Source: Malacoraja senta (lineage: Eukaryota). From it: 64,000 nt of DNA. Position numbers and translations under genes: made by a program. The stretch is from the NCBI GenBank assembly GCA_038087875.1, contig CM075995.1:10418001-10482000 (forward strand). The letters run 5' to 3'. The notes under the pieces are model-generated. The model did no database searches and was not told the DNA's origin. It was given only the letters and a program-made list of their open reading frames with translations. Every line of letters begins with the position of its first letter. Position 1 is the first letter of the stretch. Shown piece after piece: positions 1 through 13,100 of this stretch.

Positions 1-643
1 GTTCAGGCTCTGGTGGTTCACTGCCCCACAGCTTAGTTGAGCGATTCCCCTGCTGATGAAGTCGTAATAAATCTAACTTACTCAAACCCCGTACGGTCTC
101 TGACAACGATCCGCTATTTGACATTGTTTGTTACATCACCAGTCTTGGATCTTCGCCTTGACCGAACATGAACCTGTCTGTAAATGAAACCCCAGTGATT
201 CTGGGTGCACACCCCGTCCTCCATTTCATCCGGAGAACTTATGTTGATAAACACTAGCCAGGCACCAACAAAATACACACTTATTGTAACACGCTTGAAG
301 CGTATCTCTCTGTTACCAGACTAATACACGACCCTCCCTTGACTTGTAGTGCAATGGCGATATCTTAACCTGCCTCATTCCGGTACTTGGGCTTATTTTC
401 TATCGATCTGTAGATATAATACTTTAACACCATATTATGCAATCTGTTGTTTTAATTCTACTTTACCCGTTGCTCTTGCGTGTGGCTCCAATGCACTGGT
501 GTACATTATGATTTGATTGTATATTACTAAGTTGAATTTTCGATGCCTCTCGCCTCACTTCACCACACGAAATCAGAACGAATCTCAATCAAATATACTG
601 CTGATCCAAACCTTGATAGAAGGCCTACATTCGTCGGAATTAA

Positions 644-813
644 ATAGAAACGTAGAAAATAGGTGCAGGAGTAGGCCATTCCGTCCTTCGAGCCAGCACC
701 ACTATTCAATGTGATTATGTCTGATCATCCAAAATGAGTACCCCTTTCCTGCTTTCTCCCTAAATCCCTTGAATCCGTTATCCCCGAGAGTTATATTTAA
801 CTCTCTCTTAAAT
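644..813 (-). mobile_element. Short CR1-type 3'-end fragment, present in the B-A intron before exons A1-A7
   Basis: atagaaacgtagaaaataggtgcaggagtaggccatt...ctctcttaaat matches the CR1 3' ends at 18833 and 41956. Confidence 0.75.
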
Positions 814-856
814 GCATCTTGCCTTTCGCCACAGTGAGACATTTCCATCCCCACAG

Positions 857-1136
857 AAAACTTGGCATTGGGAGCAAGTCCGACCCAGTCCAGCACGGAT
901 GAAGGGGCAGTTGCTGAGCGAGCTAAGGACGGGAACAGCGACAGCGACTTCAGGCATGGTTCATGCGCGCGCACCAGGAAATCCAAGAACCCTTGGTGGA
1001 GAGTCGATCTAAGGGAAAGCTACAACGTTTCAGATGTAAGAATCACCAACAGAGCAGACTGCTGCTCGGATCAGCTCCAAGGAGCCGAGATCCGCATCGG
1101 GGACTCGCTGGAAAATGATGGCAATTTCAACAGACT
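857..1136 (+). CDS. F-type lectin domain 1, exon A
   Basis: ccccacag|AAAACTTGG...AACAGACT|gtaagt; 280 bp, no stop. Confidence 0.92.
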
Positions 1137-4100
1137 GTAAGTATTCATAAGCAATCGCCGATTCTATTCACCTGCGGTGTCTTCTTCTACAAATTCCACT
1201 GTTACTGGAGCAATGATAACGCGAGAGGGTTAAAAAGAGAGATGCTGCAGGTTACAAATGGTTTCACTGCAGATACAATTAAAATTGTGCTCATATGCTC
1301 CAGATGCTGAAGACACTGATACAGGGCAGTAGTCCACCTATCCAATTGCACGAGCAGCTACCCTATCACTTTAGCGATAGAGATTAATAAAAGGAGGTGA
1401 ATAAATATGTAATTGAAGTAAATTCAAATAATGTAATATTGAACATTAGGATTGCAGTGGCAATGTTCAATTAACCAATGCCTATGAATGAGAGATCATG
1501 CAGTCTATATCCAGTCAATGCTACCTACGTGTCAGAAGGAATTGCAGATACTGTTTTAAACAGAAGATATACACCTAAATATGGAGTAACCCCGCGGGTC
1601 AGACACCATTGCTGGACAAAAGGAATAGGTGACGTTTCGGTTCGAGATCATCCTGCAGATTGTATTCAGTCTGAAGAAGGATCTTGACTTGAAACGTCAC
1701 ATATTCCTATGCCCCGTAAATGTTGTCGGAGCCTCAGGGCTCCGCTGATAGACATCTGTTCGGAACACGAGCAAGTGGATACGATGCCGGAGGTAACGGA
1801 AGCCCCACATATCCCCGGGACCTGTCACCAGTTCACCCGCACAGGACTGCGATAAGTTCTCGCACGCTTCCTGATGCGCACGATCAACAGAGTGGAGTCT
1901 AACATTTATATCCTCATAATTTCAGCTGCGGAATCGTTGATTCAGATTCTGGGACGTCATTCACCTTCTATTGTGGAGGATCTGTCGGTCGATATGTGAA
2001 CATCATCATCCCAGGCACGGATAAGATTTTGACCCTGTGCGAGGTTGAGATATTTGGTTCAGAACTCCCGTATTTACATGGAAAAGGTAGGCTGAAGTTC
2101 CCGTTCAGGCTCTGGTGGTTCACTGCCCCACAGCTTAGTTGAGCGATTCCCCTGCTGATGAAGTCGTAATAAATCTAACTTACTCAAACCCCGTACGGTC
2201 TCTGCCAACGATCCGCTATTTGACATTGTTTGTTACATCACCAGTCTTGGATCTTCGCCTTGACCGAACATGAACCTGTCTGTAAATGAAACCCCAGTGA
2301 TTCTGGATGCACACCCCGTCCTCCATTTCATCCGGAGAACTTATGTTGATAAACACTAGCCAGGCACCAACAAAATACACACTTATTGTAACACGCTTGA
2401 AGCGTATCTCTCTGTTACCAGACTAATACACGACCCTCCCTTGACTTGTAGTGCAATGGCGATATCTTAACCTGCCTCAGTCCGGTACTTGGGCTTATTT
2501 TCTATCGATCTGTAGATATAATACTTTAACACCATATTATGCAATCTGTTGTTTTAATTCTACTTTACCCGTTGCTCTTGCGTGTGGCTCCAATGCACTG
2601 GTGTACATTATGATTTGATTGTATATTACTAAGTTGAATTTTCGATGCTTCTCGCCTCACTTCACCACACGAAATCAGAACGAATCTCAATCAAATATAC
2701 TGCTGATCCAAACCTTGATAGAAGGCCTACATTCGTCGGAATTAAATAGAAACGTAGAAAATAGGTGCAGGAGTAGGCCATTCCGTTCTTCGAGCTAGCA
2801 CCACTATTCAATGTGATTATGTCTGATCATCCAAAATGAGTACCCCTTTCCTGCTTTCTCCCTAAATCCCTTGAATCCGTTATCCCCGAGAGTTATATTT
2901 AACTCTCTCTTAAATGCATCTTGCCTTTCGCCACAGTGAGACATTTCCATCCCCACAGAAAACTTGGCATTGGGAGCAAGTCCGACCCAGTCCAGCACGG
3001 ATGAAGGGGCAGTTGCTGAGCGAGCTAAGGACGGGAACAGCGACAGCGACTTCAGGCATGGTTCATGCGCGCGCACCAGGAAATCCAAGAACCCTTGGTG
3101 GAGAGTCGATCTAAGGGAAAGCTACAACGTTTCAGATGTAAGAATCACCAACAGAGCAGACTGCTGCTCGGATCAGCTCCAAGGAGCCGAGATCCGCATC
3201 GGGGACTCGCTGGAAAATGATGGCAATTTCAACAGACTGTAAGTATTCATAAGCAATCGCCGATTCTATTCACCTGCGGTGTCTTCTTCTACAAATTCCA
3301 CTGTTACTGGAGCAATGATAACGCGAGAGGGTTAAAAAGAGAGATGCTGCAGGTTACAAATGGTTTCACTGCAGATAAAATTAAAATTGTGCTCATATGC
3401 TCCAGATGCTGAAGACACTGATACAGGGCAGTACTCCACCTATCCAATTGCACGAGCAGCTACCCTATCACTTTAGCGATAGAGATTAATAAAAGGAGGT
3501 GAATAAATATGTAATTGAAGTAAATTCAAATAATGTAATATTGAACATTAGGATTGCAGTGGCAATGTTCAATTAACCAATGCCTATGAATGAGAGATCA
3601 TGCAGTCTATATCCAGTCAATGCTACCTACGTGTCAGAAGGAATTGCAGATACTGTTTTAAACAGAAGATATGCACCTAAATATGGAGTAACCCCGCGGG
3701 TCAGACACCATTGCTGGACAAAAGGAATAGGTGACGTTTCGGTTCGAGATCATCCTGCAGATTGTATTCAGTCTGAAGAAGAATCTTGACTTGAAACGTC
3801 ACATATTCCTATGCCCCGTAAATGTTGTCGGAGCCTCAGGGCTCCGCTGATAGACATCTGTTCGGAACACGAGCAAGTGGATACGATGCCGGAGGTAACG
3901 GAAGCCCCAAATATCCCCGGGACCTGTCACCAGTTCACCCGCACAGGACTGCGATAAGTTCTCGCACGCTTCCTGATGCGCACGATCAACAGAGTGGAGT
4001 CTAACATTTATATCCTCATAATTTCAGCTGCGGAATCGTTGATTCAGATTCTGGGACGTCATTCACCTTCTATTGTGGAGGATCTGTCGGTCGATATGTG

Positions 4101-7100
4101 AACATCATCATCCCAGGCACGGATAAGATTTTGACCCTGTGCGAGGTTGAGATATTTGGTTCAGAACTCCCGTATTTACATGGAAAAGGTAGGCTGAAGT
4201 TCCCGTTCAGGCTCTGGTGGTTCACTGCCCCACAGCTTAGTTGAGCGATTCCCCTGCTGATGAAGTCGTAATAAATCTAACTTACTCAAACCCCGTACGG
4301 TCTCTGCCAACGATCCGCTATTTGACATTGTTTGTTACATCACCAGTCTTGGATCTTCGCCTTGACCGAACATGAACCGGTCTGTAAATGAAACCCCAGT
4401 GATTCTGGGTGCACACCCCGTCCTCCATTTCATCCGGAGAACTTATGTTGATAAACACTAGCCAGGCACCAACAAAATACACACTTATTGTAACACGCTT
4501 GAAGCGTATCTCCCTGTTACCAGACTAATACACGACCCTCCCTTGACTTGTAGTGCAATGGCGATATTTTAACCTGCCTCAGTCCGGTACTTGGGCTTAT
4601 TTTCTATCGATCTGTAGATATAATACTTTAACACCATATTATGCAATCTGTTGTTTTAATTCTACTTTACCCGTTGCTCTTGCGTGTGGCTCCAATGCAC
4701 TGGTGTACATTATAATTTGATTGTGTATTACTAAGTAGAATTTTCGATGCCTCTCGCCTCACTTCACCACACGAAATCAGAACGAATCTCAATCAAATAT
4801 ACTGCTGATCCAAACCTTAATAGAAGGCCTACATTCGTCGGAATTAAATAGAAACGTAGAAAATAGGTGCAGGAGTAGGCCATTCCGTCCTTCGAGCTAG
4901 CACCACTATTCAATGTGATTATGTCTGATCATCCAAAATGAGTACCCCTTTCCTGCTTTCTCCCTAAATCCCTTGAATCCGTTATCCCCGAGAGTTATAT
5001 TAACTCTCTCTTAAATGCATCTTGCCTTTCGCCACAGTGAGACATTTCCATCCCCACAGAAAACTTGGCATTGGGAGCAAGTCCGACCCAGTCCAGCACG
5101 GATGAAGGGGCAGTTGCTGAGCGAGCCAAGGACGGGAACAGCGACAGCGACTTCAGGCATGGTTCATGCGCGCGCACCAGGAAATCCAAGAACCCTTGGT
5201 GGAGAGTCGATCTAAGGGAAAGCTACAACGTTTCAGATGTAAGAATCACCAACAGAGCAGACTGCTGCTCGGATCAGCTCCAAGGAGCCGAGATCCGCAT
5301 CGGGGACTCGCTGGAAAATGATGGCAATTTCAACAGACTGTAAGTATTCATAAGCAATCGCCGATTCTATTCACCTGCGGTGTCTTCTTCTACAAATTCC
5401 ACTGTTACTGGAGCAATGATAACGCGAGAGGGTTAAAAAGAGAGATGCTGCAGGTTACAAATGGTTTCACTGCAGATAAAATTAAAATTGTGCTCATATG
5501 CTCCAGATGCTGAAGACACTGATACAGGGCAGTAGTCCACCTATCCAATTGCACGAGCAGCTACCCTATCACTTTAGCGATAGAGATTAATAAAAGGAGG
5601 TGAATAAATATGTAATTGAAGTAAATTCAAATAATGTAATATTGAACAATAGGATTGCAGTGGCAATGTTCAATTAACCAATGCCTATGAATGAGAGATC
5701 ATGCCGTCTATATCCAGTCAATGGTACATACGTGTCAGAAGGAATTGCAGATACTGTTTTAAACAGAAGATATACACCTAAATATGGAGTAACCCCGCGG
5801 GTCAGACACCATTGCTGGACAAAAGGAATAGGTGACGTTTCGGTTCGAGATCATCCTGCAGATTGTATTCAGTCTGAAGAAGGATCTTGACTTGAAACGT
5901 CACATATTCCTATGCCCCGTAAATGTTGTCGGAGCCTCAAGGCTCCGCTCATAGACATCTGTTCGCAACACGAGCAAGTGGATACGATGCCGGAGGTAAC
6001 GGGAGCCCCACATATCCCCGGGACCTGTCACCAGTTCACCCGCACAGGACTGCGATAAGTTCTCGCACGCTTCCTGATGCGCACGATCAACAGAGTGGAG
6101 TCTAACATTTATATCCTCATAATTTCAGCTGCGGAATCGTTGATACAGTTTCTGGGACGTCATTCACCTTCAATTGTGGAGGATCTGTCGGTCGATATGT
6201 GAACATCATCATCCCAGGCCCGGATAAGGTTTTGAACCTGTGCGAGGTTGAGATATTTGGTTCAGAACTCCCGTATTTACATGGAAAAGGTAGGCTGAAA
6301 TTCCCGTTCAGGCTCTGGTGGTTCACTGCCCCACAGAGTTGAGCGATTCCCCTGCTGATGAAGTCGTAATAAATCTAACTTACTCAAACCTCGTAACGTC
6401 GCTGCCAATGATCTGCTATTTGACATTGTTCGTTCACTCACCAGTCTTGGACCTTCGCCTTGACCGAACATGAGCCTGTCTGTTAATGAAAACCCAGTGA
6501 TTCTGGGTGCACACCCCGTCCTCCATTTCACCCGGAGACCTTATGGTGATAAACACTAGCCAGGCACCAACAAAATACACACCTATTGTAACACACTTGA
6601 AGCGTATCTCTCTGTTACCAGACTAATGCACGACCCTCCCTTGACTTGTAGTGCAATGGCGATATTTTAACCTGCCTCAGTCCGGTACTTGGGCTTATTT
6701 TCTATCGATCTGTAGATATAATACTTTAACACCATATTATGCAATCTGTTGTTTTAATTCTACTTTATCTGTTGCTCTTGCTTGTGGCTCCATTGCACTG
6801 GTTTACGTTGTGATTTGATTGTATATTACTGTAGACTTTTCGATGCGTCTCGCCTCACTTCACCACACGAAATCGGAACGAAACTCAATCAAATATACTT
6901 CTGATCCAAACCTTGATAGAAGGCCTACTTTCGTCGGAATTAAATAGAAACATAGAAAATAGGTGCAGGAGTAGGGCCATTCCGTCCTTCGAGCTAGCAC
7001 CACTATTCAATGTGATTATGTCTGATCATCCAAAATGAGTACCCCTTTCCTGCTTTCTCCCTAAATCTCTTGAATCCGTTATCCCCGAGAGTTATATTTA

Positions 7101-10100
7101 ACTCTCTCTTAAATGCATCTTGCCTTTCGGCACAGTGAGACATTTTCATCCCCACAGAAAACTTGGCATTGGGAGCAAGTCCGACCCAGTCCAGCACGGA
7201 TGAAGGGGCAGTTGCTGAGCGAGCCAATGACGGGAACAGCGACAGCGACTTCAGGCATGGTTCATGCGCGCGCACCAGGAAATCCAAGAACCCTTGGTGG
7301 AGAATCGATCTAAGGGAAAGCTACAACGTATCAGATGTAAGAATTACCAACAGAGCAGACTGCTGCTCGGATCAGCTCCAAGGAGCCGAGATCCGCATCG
7401 GGGACTCGCTGGAAAATGATGGCAATTTCAACAGACTGTAAGTGCTCATAAGCAATCGCCGATTCTATTCACGTGCGGTGTCTTCTTCTACAACTGTTAC
7501 TGGAGCAATGATAAAGTGAGAGGGTAAAAAAAGAGAGATGCTGCAGGTTATAAATGGTTTCACTGCAGATACAATTAAAATTGTGCTCATATGCTCCAGA
7601 TGCGGAAGACAATGATACAGAGCAGTAGCCCACCTATCCAATTGCACGAGCAGCTGCCCTATCACTTTAGCGATAGACATTAATAAAAGGAGGTGAATAA
7701 ATCTGTAATTGAAGTAAATTCAAATAATGTAATATTGAACAATAGGCTTGCAGTGGCAATGTTCACGTAACCAATGCCTATGAATGAGAGATCATGCAGT
7801 CTATATCCAGTCAAAGCTACCTACGTGTCAGAAGGAATTGCAGATACTGTTTTAAACAGAAGATATACACCAAAATATGGAGTAACTCCGCGGGTCAGAC
7901 ACCATTGCTGGACAAAAGGAATAGGTGACGTTTCGGTTCGAGATCATCCTGCAGATTGTATTCAGTCTGAAGAAGGATCTTGACTTGAAACGTCACATAT
8001 TCCTATGCCCCGGAGATGTTGTCGGAGCTTCAAGGCACCGCTCATAGCCATCTGTTCGGAACACGAGCAAGTGGATACGATGCCGGAGGTAACGGGGAGC
8101 CCCGCATATCCCCGGGACCTGTCACCAGTTCACCCGCACAGGATTGCGATAAGTTCTCGCACGTTTCCTGATGCGCATGATCAACAGAGTGGAGTCTAAC
8201 ATTTATATCCTCATAACTTCAGCTGCGGATTCGTTGATACAGTTTCTGGGACGTCATTCACCTTCAATTGTGGAGGATCTGTCGGTCGATATGTGAACAT
8301 CATCATCCCAGGCCCGGATAAGATTTTGACCCTTTGCGAGGTTGAGATATTTGGATCAGAACTCCCGTATTTACATGGAAAAGGTAGGCTGAAGTTCCCG
8401 TTCAGGCTCTGGTGATTTACTGCCCCACAGCTTAGTTGAGCGATTCCCCTGCTGATGAAGTCGTAATAAATCTAACTTACTCAAACCCCGTACGGTCTCT
8501 GCCAACGATCTGTTATTTGACATTGTTCGTTCATTCACCAGTCTTGGACCTTCGCCTTGACCGAACATGAACCTGTCTGTTAATAAAAACCCAGTGATTC
8601 TGGGTGCACACCCCGTCCTCAATTTCATCCGGAGACCTTATGGTGATAAACGCTAGCCAGGCACCAACAAAATACACACCTATTGTTACACGCTTGAAGC
8701 GTATCTCTCTGTTACCAGACTAATGCACGATCCTCCCTTGACTTGTAGTGCAATGGCGATATTTTAACCTGCCTCAGTCCGGTACTTGGGCTTATTTTCT
8801 ATCGATCTGTAGATATAATACTTTAACACCATATTATGCAATCTGTTGTTTTAATTCTACTTTACCTGTTGCTCTTGCGTGTGGCTCCAATGCACTGGTT
8901 TACGTTATGATTTGATTGTATATTACTAAGTAGAATTTTCGATGCCTCTCGCCTCACTTCACCACACGAAATCAGAACGAATCTCAATCAAATATACTGC
9001 TGATCCAAACCTTGATAGAAGGCCTACATTCGTCGGTATTAAATAGAAACGAATAAAATAGGTGCAGGAGTAGGCCATTCCGTCCTTCGAGCTAGCACCA
9101 CTATTCAATGTGATTATGTCTGATCATCCAAAATGAGTACCCCTTTCCTGGTTTCTCCCTAAATCTCTTGAATCCGTTATCCCCGAGAGTTATATTTAAC
9201 TCTCTCTTAAATGCATCTTGCCTTTCGGCACAGTGAGACATTTCCATCCCCACAGAAAACTTGGCATTGGGAGCAAGTCCGACCCAGTCCAGCACGGATG
9301 AAGGGGCAGTTGCTGAGCGAGCCAATGACGGGAACAGCGACAGCGACTTCAGGCATGGTTCATGCGCGCGCACCAGGAAATCCAAGAACCCTTGGTGGAG
9401 AGTCGATCTAAGGCAAAGCTACAACGTATCAGATGTAAGAATCACCAACAGAGCAGACTGCTGCTCGGCCCAGCTCCAAGGAGCCGAGATCCGCATCGGG
9501 GACTCGCTGGAAAATGATGGCAATTTCAACAAACTGTAAGTATTCATGAGCAATCGCCGATTCTATTCACCTGCCGTGTCTTCTTCTGCAAATTCCACTG
9601 TTACAGGAGCAATGTTAAAACGAGTGAGTAAAAAAAGAGAGAAGCTGCAGGTTACGAATGGTTTCACTGCAGATACAATTATAATTGTGCTCCTTTGCTC
9701 CAGATGCGGAAGACAATGATATTCCACTTATCCAATGTCACGTGCTGCCGCATCGCTTTAGCGATAGAGGTTAATAAAAGGCGATGCATAAATCTGTAAT
9801 TGAAGTAAATTCAATTATGTAATATTGAACAATCGGATTATAATGGCAATTTTCAAGTAACCAATGCCTATGAGTGAGAGATCATGCAGTCTCTGTCATG
9901 TCAATGCTACCTACGTGTCGTACGAAACTGCAGATCCTGGTTTAAACAGAAGATATGCACCTGGAGTAATTTCGCGGGTCCGACAAGATTGCTGGAGAAA
10001 AGAAATAGGTGACGTTTCGGGTGGAGACCATCATGCAGATTGTATTCAGTCTGAAGAAGGGTGTTGACCCGAAACGTCACATATTCCTTTGCTCCGGAGA

Positions 10101-13100
10101 TGTCGGCAGAGCCACAAGGCTGTATCCGTATCGTCTTCCGCTCATAGCCATCTGTTCGCAACACGAGCTAGTGGATGCGATGCCGGCGAACTGAATCTGG
10201 ATCTGGATTTCGTTCCCTGAAATGCTCAAGGTGGAGCATCACTCAGCACTCGACAATTTTACACTGACAATTTTTACATTTTTATCAAGCCAATTATTCC
10301 AGCCAACTAACTTACAACCCTGTACGTCTATGGAGTGTGGGAGGAAACCGAAGATCAGAGAAAACCAACGCAGATCACGGGGAGAACGTGCAAACTCCAT
10401 ATAGACAGCACCCGTAGTCGGGATCGAAACCGGGAATCTGGCGCTGCATTTTCCTGTCAGGCAGCAAGTCTACCGCTGCGCCACCGTGACGGCCCGTGGG
10501 AGCCCCACATAACCCCGGGACCTGTCACCAGTGCACCCGCAGACGCCTGTGATACATTCTCGCACGCTTCCTGATCCCCATGATCGACAGATTGGCGTCT
10601 CACCTTTAAATGCTCATTATTTCAGCTGTGGAATCGTTGATTCTGTTTCCGGGACGACATTCACCTTCAATTGTGGGGGATCTGTCGGTCGATATGTGAA
10701 CATCATCAACACTGGCCCGGATAAAATTTTGACCCTGTGCGAAGTTGAGATATTTGGTTCAGAACTCCCGTACTTACATGGAAAAGGTATGCTGAATTTC
10801 CCGCTGAGGCTCTGGTGGTTCACTGCCCCTAAGCTTAGATGAGCGATTCTCCTGCTGAATAAGTCGTAGTATATCTAACTTACTGAAACCCCGTACCGTC
10901 CCTGCTAACGATCTGCTATTTGCCATTGTTAGTTTACTCGCCAGTCTTGGACCTTCGCCTTGAACGGACATGAGCCTGTCTGTTATTGAAACCCCTGTGA
11001 CACTCGGTGCACACCCATCCTCCATTTCGTCCGGAGACCTTATGCTGATAAACACTAGCCAGGCAACAACAAAATACACACCTATTGAAACACGCTTGAA
11101 GCGTATCAACCCGCTACCACACAGATGCACGATCCTCGCTTGACTTGTTGAGCAATCGTGATATTTTAATCTGCCTCAGCGCGGTACTTGGACTTATTTT
11201 CTATAGGTCTGTAGATATAATACCATAACACTATATTATGCAATCTGTTATTGTAATTCTATTTTACCCGTTGCTCGTACGTGTGGCTCCATTGCACTGG
11301 TGTACAGTATGATTTGATTGTATATTACCAAGAAGAATTGTCGATGCATCTCGCTTCACCACACCAAAGTAGTACGGATATCAATGAAATACTGATCCAA
11401 ACATTGACAGCAGGACTACATTCGTCAGTATTAAATAGAAACGTAGAAGATAGGTGCAGGAGTAGGTCATTCCGCCCTTCGATCTAGCACCGCCATTGAA
11501 TATGATTATGGCTGATCATCCAAAATGTGTACCTCGTTGCTGCTTTCTCCCCATATCCCTTGAATCCGTTATCCGTGAGAGCTATATCTAACTCTCTCTT
11601 AAATACATCTAGCCTTTCGGCTCAGTGAAACGTTTCCATCCCCACAGCAAACTTGGCGTTGGGAGCAAGTCCGTCCCAGTCCAGCACGGATGAAGGGGCG
11701 GCTGCAGAGCGAGCCAATGACGGGAACAGCGACAGCGACTTCATGCGTGGTTCATGCGCGCGCACCAGGAAATCCAAGAACCCTTGGTGGAGAGTCGATC
11801 TAAAGGAAAGCTACAACGTTTCAGATGTAAGAATCACCAACAGAGCAGATTGCTGCTCGGACCAGCTCCAAGGAGCCGAGATCCGCATCGGGGACTCGCT
11901 GGAGAACGATGGCAATTTCAACAGACTGTAAGTATTCATAAGCAATCGCCGAATCTATTCTCCTCCGGTGACTTCTACAAATTCCACTGTTACTGAAGCA
12001 ATGTTAACGTGAGTGGGAAAAAACCATAGAGATGCTTCAGGTTACAAATGATTTAACTGCAGGTAAAATTATAATTGTGCACCTCTGCTCCAGACAATGA
12101 TACAGATCAGTAGTCCACCTATCCAATGGCACGAGCTGCTGCCGTGTCGCATTAGCGATAGAGGTTAATAAAAGGAGGTGCATAAATCTGTAATTGAAGT
12201 AAATTCAAATTATGTAATATTGAACAATCGGATTGCAGTGGCAATGTTGAAGTAACGAATGCCTTTAAGTGAGAGATCATGCAGTCTCTATCCAGTCAAT
12301 GCTACCTACTTGTCGGAAGAAATTGCAGACACTGTTTTAAACAGAAGATATACACAAACATCTGGAGTAACTTCGCGGGTCAGACACCATTGCTGGAGAA
12401 AAGAAATGGAGTGGCGTTTCAGTTCGAGACGTCACATATTTCTACGCCCCGGAGATGGTTTCGGAGCCGCAAGGTGGTCCGACCAGTCAGAGGCCATGCT
12501 GCAAGATGCATTGAGCGACGTCGACTGGAATATGTTCCATGCAAGTTCCAGTGACGCCAGTGAGTTCGCGGAAGCGGTCATGGACTTCATTGCAACAATA
12601 GCCGATGACTTCGTCCCCACGGTAAGGGTTAGCATCTTTCCCAATCAAAAACCCTGGGTGGACAGGTCCATTCGTGTGCCTTGAATGCTCGCACCGCTGC
12701 TTACAACTCTGGCCGAGCATCCGGAAATGTAGTCGTCTACAAGGAAGAGTCCTACCGACTGCGAAGGGAGGTGCAGGACGCAACAAGGAGGTACAGGTAC
12801 AAGATGGAGCCAGAGATGGAGCAGCCGGACACCAGACCCCTTTGGCAGGGGCTACGGACTATAACTAACTGCCGTAGCAGCCCCCCCCCCAACCGTGAGT
12901 GCCGGCAATAGACAATAGACAATAGACAATTGTTGCAGGAGTATGGCATTTGGCCCTTCGAGCCAGCAGCGCCATTCAATATGGTCATGGCTGATTATCT
13001 CCAATCAGTACCCCGTTCCTGCCTTCACCCCATATCCCATGACTCCACTATTTTTAAGTGCCCTATCTAGGTCTTTCTTGAAAGCATCCAAGGAATCTGC

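Larger units (their letters stand above)
1..12470 (+). repeat. Tandem ~2.1-kb genomic units (exon A, intron, exon B, intron), about six copies
   Basis: Exon A offsets 2102, 2101, 2098, 2098, then 2392 (SINE added); introns near-identical; base 1 corresponds to base 2103. Confidence 0.95.

Noticed and set aside
702..986. Recurrent antisense and alternative-frame ORFs over exons ([10 protein letters not shown]..., MHLAFRHS..., [10 protein letters not shown]...)
   Set aside because: Shadow frames repeated only because the DNA is duplicated; lengths vary and there is no recognisable domain.
862..1140. 92-aa ORFs MALGASPTQ... as stand-alone small genes
   Set aside because: They start at TTG/GTG just inside an acceptor, and the TAA is part of the gtaagt donor. 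Each encodes only about two-thirds of a domain, so they are internal exons.
1478..1902. Repeated intronic ORFs (MPMNERSC..., MLSEPQGS...)
   Set aside because: They overlap the palindromic repeat and are frameshifted in more diverged units.
10400..10495. tRNA gene
   Set aside because: The A/B boxes are the head of a V-SINE, and no full cloverleaf is evident.
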